Below, piece after piece: positions 11,214 to 22,841 of a stretch of DNA of 40,757 nt. This DNA is from Octopus sinensis (lineage: Eukaryota). Under the pieces are notes generated by a model. It saw only the letters and a list, made by a program, of their open reading frames with translations, was not told the DNA's origin and did no database searches. Where the stretch lies: contig NW_021835419.1 in NCBI RefSeq assembly GCF_006345805.1, positions 1 through 40,757 on the forward strand, given 5' to 3'. The stretch's first letter is position 1. Each line of letters starts with the position of its first letter. A program made the translations under genes and the position numbers.

Positions 11214-11620
11214 ATGCCAATCACCATTGATCTAAAATATATTCGTAATTGCAGCGTGGAAGGTGTTTATAAGCCATTTAAGAAACACACAAAAACCGTT
11301 AGATTCACTTCAACATTTAAATTTGATTTGCCAAAATATTTTTGTCGCTACATTGAATGTACTGGGAAATCTCTCAATCAACACATTTCCAACCATAAAT
11401 CCTCCTTCGGGGTCCCGGAAAGGAGATAAGTAACATCGCTGGCCAGTCATGTCTGGCAACTAAGAGACAATGGGATCCCATACTCGATGTCAAGGAAGAT
11501 CCTCGAAAACCCCAGCCCCTACATCAACGGGACGAAGCGCTGCAAGTTATGCATAGCTGAACGCGCGAGAATCCTAAAAGACTCACTCGAGCCATGGAGC
11601 ATCCTTAACTCCAGAACGAG
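11214..11620 (+). mobile_element. Second Penelope-like GIY-YIG remnant
   Basis: EGVYK...RYIECT...LNQHISNHKSSF...*VTSLASHVWQLRDNGIPYSMSRKILE...PYINGTKRCKLCIAERARIL...ILNSRT, one frame with a single stop. Confidence 0.85.
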
Positions 11621-12169
11621 CCATGTTTGCATTTTAGGGAATTCCTGCTAGCGTTTTGGAATCTGCAAAATGGCGGCACAGCCAGAAATCGCTAGCTAAT
11701 GTCAAAGAGAGATAATCCCCTATTATTTACCTTTGTAGCTTTTGGAGACAGTAAGATGGCGGCACAGCCGGAAGTCGATAGTCGATAGCCAATGGTAAAG
11801 GGAGATGATCTCCTTGTTTACATTCATAACGAGGCCTTTTCCCGTCCATATTTAGGTTGTGAAGGTAAGTATCACGTTTTAACCTCCATTCTTTAAATTT
11901 TAAGGTTTTGCAGATTTTTATAGTCCCGGATATTGTGATCATTTGTAGCATATGAACTAAGGATTTGCATTCCCTCCCCAAGATTCCAAGTTCAGCCATA
12001 CTTTGCTCAAGACGGGTTAGTCTGTATCTTGTTGTTCGAATTATAATAGGTATGAAGCCGAAAGTGTATCATGGGTACTGGATTTGCAAACTCCTTATTA
12101 ATGGTCCATAAATGTTTTCTTTCTCTTGTATATTTCGCACGACATTCATGTCTATATATGTACATATGT

Positions 12170-12300
12170 AAAGTTCAAATTTGCAGTGAACGGGAGACAA
12201 AGGCAGGTGAAGGAATAATAAGCAGGAGTATTAGTTTGACGCTTGGGAAGAATGGAAAAGTGTTTGACGTTTCGAGCTTACGCTCTTCGACAGAATGAAT
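12170..12300 (-). mobile_element. Related repeat with degenerate hammerhead-like module
   Basis: Reverse complement CTGTCGA-A-GAGCGTAAGCTC-GAAACGTC-AAAC at 12293-12262. Confidence 0.5.
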
Positions 12301-12581
12301 TGAAAGGCAAAAAATGGAGAGAGAACGAACAAAAAAAGAAAACGGAGAAAGAAAAACATATGTAAGGATTAATCATTTAACATGATGAAAGTATATATGT
12401 ATATACGAGTTTCTTTGTGCTTATGTTTGCACCATCACCACCGCTTGACAACTGATATTGGTGTGTCTAACCGGTATTGGTGTGTTTATGTTCCCATGAT
12501 TTAGCGATTCGGCAAAAGAGACTGATAGAATAAGTACCAAGGTTTAACAATAACTACTGAGATTAATTTGTTCGACTAAAC

Positions 12582-12876
12582 CAGGGGTTCCAAACCTGGC
12601 TTCACAGAAGCTTTAAGGGAGTAAAAGATTGTAATTTGTGGGGCCATATATAAATTTTGTTTACTAGGAGAGGTACCTGTATTAATTGAAATTTTCAAGA
12701 TTTGCATTTAGAATTTATGTTATGAACATAACGAAATTGTTTCACTGTTAGATTTTACTAATCTGCAAACATATTTTATTTCAAAAATTTACATGAGCAC
12801 ATATGGGGTCCACAGGTGATAAGATAGCTCTCGTGGGGGGAAAGGTCCACAGGCAAAATGAGGTTGGGAACTCCTG
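12582..12876. mobile_element. hAT-type MITE inserted into a SINE tail
   Basis: Imperfect TIRs CAGGGGTTCCAAACCT / AGGTTGGGAACTCCTG; 8-bp TSD GACTAAAC (12574-12581) / AACTAAAC (12877-12884); host SINE resumes with CCTTCAAGG. Confidence 0.8.
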
Positions 12877-12949
12877 AACTAAACCCTTCAAGGTTTAGTC
12901 GAAAATAATGCCACAGCATGAGGCCTGAAACATGTAAAAGATAAAAGCT

Positions 12950-13221
12950 ATGTATGTATGTATGTATGTATGTACGTATGTATGTATGCATGCATGCATG
13001 TATGTATGTATGTATGTGTATGTATTATGTATGTATCTATGTATATGTGTGTGTATGTATGTATATATGTATGTATCCATGTATGCATGGATGCATGCAT
13101 GTACATATGTATGTACGTATGTACATATGTACGTATGTATGTATGCATGTATGTATGCATGCATGTATGTATATATGCAGTTATTCATGTTTGCATGTAT
13201 GTATGTATGTATGTATGTATG

Positions 13222-13252
<31 letters not shown>

Positions 13253-13376
13253 GTATGTACGTACGTACGTATGTATGTATGTATGTATGTATGGAGTTAT
13301 TCATGTTTGTATGAATGTATTTATTTATGTATGTATGGGTGTGTATGCATGTATGTATGTGCGCATATATGTACAT

Positions 13377-13412
<36 letters not shown>

Positions 13413-13600
13413 TTGTTATATATATTACTTGTTTCAGTCAAATGACTGCGACCATGCTGGAACACCGCTTTAGTTATATATATACACACACATACACATA
13501 CACATATATATATGTATGTATGCATGTATGTATGTATGTATGTATGTATGTATGTATGTATGTATGTATGTATGTATGTATGTATGTATGCATGCATGTA
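12950..13600. repeat. (ATGT)n field
   Basis: Directly visible; similar fields at ~8215-8345 and ~24840-25260. Confidence 0.95.
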
Positions 13601-13992
13601 AGTGTGCATATATCTCCAATGTTACCGAGACGCAGCTAGTTGTCGTAGGGGTGGTTTATTTCGAAATGGGAGGAGTGACTGTTATTTGTGGACACATCTC
13701 CGCTTAGAGGGGGGGGAGCGAATCAAAGGGAGAGCAAGAGAGAGAGGAAGAGGGAGAGAGAGAAAGAGAGGAAGGCGAGTGCTTGCATGCGTGGAGAAAA
13801 GTGGTTGCGAGTGTCAAGCCCTTGTCAGTCAGTCAGTCGTATGATGGTCGTGGCGGTGGCGGTGATGGTGGTGATGGTGGTGGTGGTGGTGGTGACAGCG
13901 AGAGAGAGAAGGCGTGAGTAATGAATGAGAAGGAAAGGAGAGCGGATGAGAGAGGGGTAGTGGGGAAGGGAGGAAGAAAGAAATATAAAGGG

Positions 13993-14040
<48 letters not shown>

Positions 14041-14868
14041 TGTGTGAGAGAGAGAGAGAGAGAGAGACAGATAGGAAGAGAGAGTGGGTGTATAGTGAAT
14101 TGCAGAAAAGCAGAGGCTAATAAAAGGAGTGGGTTAGTCACTGTGCAAGAAAGTAACATGGTTGACAGAGAAAGGAATGGTGGGCAATAGAGAGGGAGAA
14201 AGAGAGACAGACAGAGGAAGAAGGGGGTGGAAAGCAGAGAGAATGAAAGAGAGAGAGAGAGAGAGAGAGGAGAGAACGCGAAGGTTGGTGGGGGAGAGAG
14301 GTGGGGAGGAGTAAGGGGTGGTGGTGATGGGAAGGCATCAGATAAAGCTGGGAGGGCGGACGAAGGTGTGAAACGTGATGGTGCGCGTGTGTGTAAGTGT
14401 TAATAAGGCGGCCGTCCCGTGGGTCGAGCGCTGCAGTTGGTTCCGGCTATGAAGAGGACGCGTTCTGGCACACTTTTGGCATTCCACCGGAGATGAACGA
14501 AGCTGCTTTTGGACACGAGGACTGACAATTATTTACACATACATTTACATACATACGGATATATATATATAGATGTATATAGCACGCATACACACAAACA
14601 CACACACGTAAATATATATATAGATATAGATATATATTACGCTCGCACGTGCACACAGGAGCGTACACAAACACACCCATGCGTACACACATACATACAT
14701 ACATAATTAAAAACAAAATAAATACAATAACGTAAAAGACAAAAGAAAGGATTTAAAAAAGAAAAAAAAATTTTTTTTTTTTTTAAAGCAGAAAGAAAAG
14801 AAAAAGGAGAAAAGGAAAATTATATAAAGACAGCTGGGCAACATTTTATTTAAAAAAAAACGTTTATT

Positions 14869-14946
14869 AACATCTTTTTAACATCTTTTTAACGTCTTTT
14901 TAACAACTTTTTAAAGAGTTTTTTAACATCTTTTTAACAACTTTTC
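14869..14946. repeat. 11-bp minisatellite (AACATCTTTTT) x7
   Basis: Directly visible. Confidence 0.85.
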
Positions 14947-15989
14947 TACATTTTTAAATATATATTTTATATCGTTTTTACTTTTTTTTTACTACATCGT
15001 TTATATATTTTTCTACGTATTTTTTTAAAATTCATCTTTTGTACATTTAATTATTTTCATTCGTCTAAATCTTAAAGCGGCATTTTTTTCAAATTATTCG
15101 CTGCTGTTTCGAATACTGTTTGGGTACGACGGCTTCAAATGTTTTAGCAATATTTCCTTTGAAAAGTGCCAGAAAACTAAGTCTTCAAATTCTTCCCTAG
15201 CAAACTATAATTCTCTCTCTCTCTCTTTCTCTCTCACTCTCTCTCATTTTCTCTGTCTGTTACTCTCCCTCCTTACTCTCTCTTTCTCTCTCACTCTCTC
15301 ATTTTCTCTCTCTCCCTCCTTACTCTCTCACTCTCTCTCATTTTCTCTCTCTCCCTCCTTACTCTCTCTTTCTCCCTCTATAACACAAATTACACAAAAC
15401 AAAATATTTTTCTTTATGGCCAATTAAACCTAATTAGGTTTTAATTTGCTATTGTTATTTTCATACAATCTTAATTACATCTTAATCACGTCGATCGACA
15501 ACGTGAGACGACCAGAAGAAAGAAAAACGAAAACAAACTTACTTCCAGATTCAGGCAGCAAGATATCGGGTTCGCTTCTCGATTGAAATCGAATCACTTC
15601 AGTCACGACACATTATTATTATCATTATTTGTCATAATCGATATCATTAGTTGTAGTATTAGTATTCTAATCCGTCTATATCTATATATTCAGTATATAT
15701 ATATTTATTGATTTATTTTTCACAGAAAATTATTAATTAAACTCGAAAAGAAAGAAGAAAAAGTTTAAAGAAAATCAATTTCAAAAAAGGAGAAAAAAAT
15801 CATTTTTTATATATCAAAATATAAAGAAATCAATTTGATAAATCAGGAGTTTATCAAATTGTTGAAAGACAGAAGGAAAAGAAGAACATAAAAAAGAAAG
15901 AAAAAAAGAAACAAAGAAAATAAAGAAGAAATTATAATGATTATTCTATCATTATAAGGATTGGTTTATATGGGCCTTCATCGATCGGA

Positions 15990-16260
15990 TCTACACTCAC
16001 TGGAGTTTCACTCACTTGATCTTCCCTCACTGGAGTGTCACTCACTGGATTTTCTTTACTTCTAATCACTAGCCCTTCCTGCATTGGAACCGTCATTCAT
16101 TCGTGTTTCACTCACCGGACCTTAATTCACTGGTGTTTCACTCATTTGGGTCCAATAGACCTACGAACTTACATCCGCAGGACCTCCACACGTTCGAGTT
16201 TCACTCACAGGATTTTCACCTCGTTGGATAGCTTCATTCTCTGGATTTCCGTTCATTGGA
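15990..16260. repeat. Degenerate 15-bp repeat (consensus about TTTCACTCACTGGAG)
   Basis: CACTCACTGGA / CACTCACTTGA / CACTCACCGGA / CACTCACAGGA recurrences. Confidence 0.7.
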
Positions 16261-16693
16261 CGTTGCCTTAATTTAAAGGATTCAACTGTGTGACCACACA
16301 CAAACACAAACACACGATACGCATCATTGGATTTCTTTCCTCATTAACGTACTATCATCAGTATTATCACCTTGTGCTGAAGACTGGGTTTTTGGATCTG
16401 TATATGTCATATCCTTGGCAACGCTGTCCATCCATCTGGTAATACCTTCGGGTCAACTTTCATTATATTGTTTGCTCTATTTTTTTTTGTTTTTTATTCT
16501 TTGTACCTGAATATTGAAACTAATTCAAAGAAGTAAATTTATACATTAATTTACATTTATTCTTACACACACACAAACACGCCTATATATATGTAATATA
16601 TACGATATAATAATAATATATATATATATATATAATATATATATATATAATATAATATATATATAATATAATATAATAATAATTATATATATA

Positions 16694-16725
<32 letters not shown>

Positions 16726-17787
16726 ATAATAATATATATAATAATTATATATATATATATAATAATAATTATATAATATATATATATATATATAATATGA
16801 TATAATATAATATATTATATCATATTTTAGAAAGATAGAAGGAGAGAGAGATTGCGTGTGTGTGTGTATTTTTCTATGCGTAGCTTTATCAAAATTAAAG
16901 AAGTCAATATATTGGTTTCTTTATGGTTTAAAATTTTCAAAAATAACAATTAACTAATCAACAAACAAAAATTCTAATTTAAAGACAACAATTCATTCAT
17001 TCATTCATTCATTCATTCATTCATATGCTCATTACCGTATTTACTTCAGACGAAACAAATTAAATTCTTCAAATATATTTCCATCGCTTCATTCTTTGTA
17101 GGTAAAAAAAAAAAGCGAACATTTTTTTCTATTCTTTACACTATACAGAAAGGAAAAAAAAAAACAATTTGAACAAAAGTATATTTTCAAAAATTCGCAA
17201 CCCGTCCACCTATCCACCCCTATTGTTCAAAATGGTTTTAGTCCATTTCAGAACATATATTTTTGATATATTTATATAATTCCTCAGTGTTTTCCTTTTA
17301 TATTTTTTAAGGTGACGAAATATATTATCAAATTTATGTGTGTTAATATTTATTTACGTTCACATTTAACATAAATTATATATATTTTTATTTATATATA
17401 CTTATATTTTTATATAACTGTGCTTTTATATATATATATGCATATACATGCATTTACTGTTCTCTTTTGTGAATACAAACGGAGAGAAGAATACTCAGAA
17501 AAATATCCAACTGGAGGAGCATTCATTCCATTCATCGTTTTTGTCTACTGAACGAATGCATGAAGTCCAAAAACTCGGAGTAGTGACTGAGTGAAACATC
17601 ATTTGCTTGTAAATACACACACACACACACATACATGAAGGCGGAGAAATAAAACCAATAACATACATGCATATATAAATACTTATATACAGTTATACAT
17701 ACATATATGCAAACATTCATATACACACATATATATTTGTGTACGAAATTTGCAGCGTCATTTCTGATACATACGAATATTGTATCA

Positions 17788-17804
17788 TGTTTTGCCTTCC
17801 ATAG
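17788..17804 (+). other. Candidate 3' splice acceptor just upstream of the ato start
   Basis: TGTTTTGCCTTCCATAG: pyrimidine tract plus TAG, 45 nt before ATG 17850. Confidence 0.4.
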
Positions 17805-17849
17805 ATTTCTTTGAAAAAAAAAATTAAAACTAGAAACAAAAAAAAAAAA

Positions 17850-18983
17850 ATGAAATTTCATGCTTTTTCACAAAACTGTTATAATGATTCATATCACGAA
17901 GTAGAAGAAGAAGAAATTATGTGCGAAGCAAACGATATTCCGCGAGATTACACGTGGTTAGAACTCAAAGAATCGGATAGTCTTTGGGGAGAGAACCTAG
18001 ATATGGTTGCCTGCTTTTGCAACTGCCAAGATATCTGTTCTGGTGACTGCAACAAATACAACGAAATTTATTGCACAAATGATTACAGCAACGACAGCAG
18101 CAATAATGAAAACTGCAAAAATACCGATAAAATTATCGAGAATGGTTCTGAAGACAGTGAATCCGTAGAACTTAGTGGAAGCAACAGAATTAGTCATCAT
18201 GCTTTGGCGACAATGTCTAAAGGACATTCTACTCCGAGTGGTGCGTTTAACTATCCGGTCTTTTTTTATACGAAATCTTCCCCGGTTATTTGGGGATCAG
18301 AAAGTACGGCTTCTCCTGATAAACCATCGTCTGTCGATCAAACAAAGCTTACAGCGAATACGCAACCTCAACGAGTTCGTCACATCAAACAACGATTTCA
18401 GCAACATCACTGCAGTCATTGCCCAAAGAACGCTGAAAATATAACCACAGCAGCAACAACAACAGCAACGACAACAATAGCAACAACTGCAGCGACGACG
18501 ACGACGACGAAAACGACTACAACAAAAGCAACAGCAATATCACCTAAACGCCAATCTTCAGGTCTTCCAAAGACGTATGCTTCGGATGAAGCTAAAATTG
18601 TCGAAAATAAGCTCGTCAAGGATGTTACACGTACAAATTCATCGTCGCAGATCAAGAACGGAACTACATGTGTGAGTAAACGGAAGTATGTAAGTATAGT
18701 GCCAAATAATACCGTATCGACGAAATCTGGTGCCAGTGACGAGAAACTGGTTAAGTCTTGCAATTCTTCCAGAGACAACGAAACATTTGAAGGAGGAAAG
18801 GACGTGTTGAAAAAGCGTAGAATCGCGGCCAACGCTCGTGAACGACGGCGCATGAGCAGTTTGAATGTGGCTTTCGACAACCTGCGAGCTGTGGTGCCGG
18901 CTCACGGGAAAATGTCCAAGTATGATACGTTGCAATTAGCGCAGGTTTACATATTGAAACTTCGCGAAATTCTTGAAGTGTGA
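17850..18983 (+). CDS. ato: Atonal-family (Atoh1/Atoh7/ato/amos-like) proneural bHLH transcription factor, 377 aa, uninterrupted CDS, bHLH at the extreme C-terminus (~18810-18975)
   Basis: Longest complex ORF in the window. C-terminus [55 protein letters not shown] matches the Atonal signature [13 protein letters not shown]..LN.AFD.LR.V.P...SKYETLQMAQ.YI. First ATG at 17850 (the track starts at upstream TTG 17811); alternative ATG at 17919. The symbol marks the family; orthology within it is unresolved. Confidence 0.9.
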   Translation: MKFHAFSQNCYNDSYHEVEEEEIMCEANDIPRDYTWLELKESDSLWGENLDMVACFCNCQDICSGDCNKYNEIYCTNDYSNDSSNNENCKNTDKIIENGSEDSESVELSGSNRISHHALATMSKGHSTPSGAFNYPVFFYTKSSPVIWGSESTASPDKPSSVDQTKLTANTQPQRVRHIKQRFQQHHCSHCPKNAENITTAATTTATTTIATTAATTTTTKTTTTKATAISPKRQSSGLPKTYASDEAKIVENKLVKDVTRTNSSSQIKNGTTCVSKRKYVSIVPNNTVSTKSGASDEKLVKSCNSSRDNETFEGGKDVLKKRRIAANARERRRMSSLNVAFDNLRAVVPAHGKMSKYDTLQLAQVYILKLREILEV

Positions 18984-19505
18984 AAAAAAAAATATTGTCA
19001 GCTAAAAACGGTAAGGAATACGAAAACAGCAGCAACAACAACAGCAACAACATCAGCAGCAGCGGAAGGTAAGCTGTATGAATTGACTGTTAACTAAAGT
19101 ATATTTTGTCACCATGCCCATCACACTGACATTGGATTGGCAGTGAGACTAACAGCAATAACAACAAAACTCACAGATAGAAAGAAAGATAAAAGAAAGA
19201 ATGAAAGAAAGTTTTATACAATATTAATGTGTACAAAAGAATTTACTTTGTTTTAACGATGAAAGGACGATAAATCAACGCAATCGGTTGACCATCGAGC
19301 AAAATACTTCACGGGTATATCCGTATATATATTATAGTTCATTTTCTGCCAGAAGTGATTTTCTCCCTTTCATCTTGCCTTGGTCAATAATCTAAAGAAC
19401 AATCAAGTCACCGAAGAGGCAATCCTCTCAAAACTGTGTGGTCTTGTGCTTGTAACAAAAGTCACTATTTTTAAGGATTACACGAAAGACATTCACAAGC
19501 AATCA

Positions 19506-20065
19506 TTAACCATTTGTCGCCATATTTCTGTTGAAACACACTGCCTTTGTTTCGATTGGTTTTTGAAATTTAGTAAAATAACTTCCTCGATATAACACTA
19601 ATGTTTGGATGGAACATATCAAGATGAAATTTTAATGGAAATTTTTTATTTACATCACTTAAACCATTTTGTTATTATATTTCTGTTTGAAATACACCGC
19701 TTTTGTTTCAATGAAGTTTGATAATAATGAACAATTTAATAAAATAACTTTGTCATTATTAAACTGGAGTTTAAAATCTAAATTAACAAGAAATTTTGAA
19801 GGAAGAAGCTTTTCATTTGGATCGCTTGAAATTTTTTGTTAACATATTTCTGTTGAAATACGTTGGTTTTGTTTCAATTAATTTTGAAATTAATGACGAG
19901 TTTAGTCGACGTAAATTTATCGTCATTAGGTTGGTGTTTGGAACAGCAAGTAACATGAAATTTTGATGGAAGGTCTTTAGATCAATTAAAAAGAGGAACT
20001 TTGTATCATAGAACCAGAGAATGTTGTTAGGTGAATTACAGATCACACGAGGCTGATAGAGTTAC
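19506..20065. mobile_element. Old TTAA-CC-type MITE-like repeat built from three ~160-bp internal units
   Basis: Starts TTAACCATTT; ATATTTCTGTT(T)GAAA.AC recurs at ~19522, ~19679 and ~19845; right end degenerate. Confidence 0.45.
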
Positions 20066-21539
20066 ATAATATTCAATAAATGCACAACTGTGTGTTTGTC
20101 TCTCAGAAACTTCTATAATTCGTCCAAACAGTTCACATATGGAATATGATACCTGCGATATGGGATGTGTGCAACCTGACTTAATCTGATATCTAGAGAT
20201 TCCATTAATTATTCAATATGAACTTTATCAGGTATTCTAACTAATAATGGACTTCACTGGAATAACCAACGTAGTATACCCTGTGTAACTCGCAGTGATG
20301 ATTAATATTCAATTTGGCCTCCTATTCAGCAATGTTGTAAATATTTCAACAGTGACCACATGGTGTACATCAGTCCAAGCTATGATAGTAACTAAAATAA
20401 CAATGAAACATTAGCTACATGAATAGACATTATCACCAAGCTAACTTTTGTGACACCATGCGAGACAGTTTTTTTTTTCTGCCGCAGTCTGTACATCAAT
20501 TTGAATCAAATAATGTTCAACATAAATCGTATCCAATATGAACTAATCTCATATCCTTTTCAACGTAGATCCTTGTGGAATAACCAATGTCTTATATCTT
20601 TTTTAATATAATTTGCAGTGATAATGGATATTCAATATGACCTAAGTGTGATAATTATTATACAGGTTGTAGCAAAAAAAAAACCTCCTTTCCGCTATTC
20701 TCGATCATTGTTTCAATAATACGCAAATGATGTACCTAAAAAGAAAAAAAAAACGATAAAATATTAGCTACATGAAAACACCATTCCTGACTGCCGAACT
20801 TCACTACCGCCACATCAATGGCCTTGCAAAATATGGGAGAAGAATTGTCTGTCGCACTCTTTAAGTCGACCCGGATCGAATGTATAAAAAAAAAACAAAA
20901 AAAAACAGAAAAAGAAATTACTCGCCGTAATTTCATATTATAAACGGATTAATAATCCTAATCTCATATCCTGCCCAACGAGGATTGTCTTGAAACGTAT
21001 TATATCCAAACGTGTTATATCTTATATAGTTCCCTCAGTGTGATATTTAATATAACCAACTCGACCAAGTATTGAACTTCTCTCATTAAGAGGACAACAT
21101 CCACCAATGACTTACTTTCGTATTCAACATGACTCAATACAATGATATGCTGCGAGTTCAATTTACAGTGATCCTTTCTCTCACATACAAATCGATGTGG
21201 TATCTCGACAGGACTGTAAACACTCCTCCCTTCCATGTAATACTATATACTGATATCTATCATATCAGATATATTCATCAATTTGATATCCAATTTCAGG
21301 GAAGTTATTTAATCTGAAAATGTTATACGGATATAGTTACGTCTCTCTATTTTCTGCTGACTTCAAATCTTAACAAAGGTTAATTGTATTTTTCAATTTT
21401 CAGAAGATCAATGAAATATAGTACCAGTTATACACGAGGAATGTTATTTATAATAGACTATACTTTCCACACTTCGCCGCCACTGTTAAATCTGTGGCGT
21501 TGCACCATTGTTTGAAATCATTAAATTAATATTCAATGC

Positions 21540-21756
21540 CATTAAGTCTGCGAGCTGGCAAAGTCGTTAGCACGCCGGGCAAAATGCTTAGCGGCATTTC
21601 GTCTGTCATTACGTTCTGAGTTCAAATTCTGCCGAGGCCGATTTTGCCTTCCATCAGTTCTGTGTTGATAAAATAAGTATCAGTTAAACACTGGGGTCGA
21701 TGTAATCAACTTACCCCTACCCCGAACTTTCTGGTCTTGTACCAAAATTCGAAATC
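21540..21756 (+). mobile_element. SINE family A with 12-bp TSD
   Basis: AATATTCAATGC at 21528-21539 and 21757-21768. Confidence 0.85.
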
Positions 21757-22590
21757 AATATTCAATGCTATAAGCTAAAGACAACGAGGAAAACAAAGCA
21801 ACAACAACAACAACAACAACAAGAACAGCAAAAAAGAAAAAAAAATTCTTGGATGGATTGACTGTTAAGTATTGTAGAGCTGTCAATATGGCGACGAAGA
21901 TAACGCTGGATCGAAAGTGAGGCTAACAATAAGAATGACAAAAGTTACGTGAGCTCAGAGGCAGAACAAAAAGGAAGTAAAGATTGATTGAACAACATTC
22001 TATCCGCTAAAACAATAAAGAAACAAAATAACATTTTGTGAAGGGTGAAAGATTGGCAAAATCGGTTGAGCATCAAAGAAAATGCGCTACGTTTATTAGT
22101 TTTTTGAACTGCGTCCTTTAAATGTACTCAGTTTGGTATGATAGGACTAATCATCACCATCATAATTATCACAGCATATTTCATATCATTAAACTGGACT
22201 TTTTGTGGGGGGGGGGGAATTTGTAAAGAGTAAAAAAAACCAGATCACTCACTTTTGTAAAAAGGCAAAAACTGTTCAACCATTTTAAAATTATATTATT
22301 TGTAAAAAGAAAAAAAATATAATGATCTGACATTTTTATAAAAAAATTATTATTTGTATAAAGAGAAAATAAATATATGAACCATTATAAAGTGTATTAT
22401 TTGTAAAAAAAAAAACAAAAAAAACAACAGGTAATTCAAATTTCACCAAGGTCTCAACTTTGATTTTCATCCTTTCAGAATCGGAAACATAAAGTAAGGT
22501 GTCAAGAACTGGACCGTTGCTATTAACTTGTCCAACTCCCTTCTAAATTACGTGTCTTGTGGTTACATCAGAAACCATTGTTATTATGAT

Positions 22591-22841
22591 GGCGGCGAGC
22601 TGGCAGAAACGTTAGCACGCCGGGCGAAATGCTTAGCGGTATTTCCTCTGCGTTACGTTGTGAGTTCAAATTCCGCCGAGGTCGACTTTGCCTTTCATCC
22701 TTTCTGGGTCGATAAATAAAGTACCAGTTACGCACTGGGGTCGATGTAATCGACTTAATACCTATGTATGTCCTTATTTGTCCCCTTGTGGGTAATAAAG
22801 AAATAGGTATTTCGTCCGCCTTTACGTTCTGAGTTCAAATT
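22591..22841 (+). mobile_element. SINE family A plus partial second head
   Basis: Sequence similarity to 9232-9460. Confidence 0.85.

Noticed and set aside
14449-14526. Short ATG-initiated frames in the CpG-rich island
   Set aside because: 15 aa or less with no recognisable motif; no convincing splice context.
19738-20080. AATAAA polyadenylation signals for ato
   Set aside because: Several occur by chance in AT-rich repeat DNA; cannot be assigned without transcript data.
21300-21780. A second bHLH gene or pseudogene ahead of the duplicated 3' flank
   Set aside because: No ANARER/LSKYE-like residues found in the frames I read.
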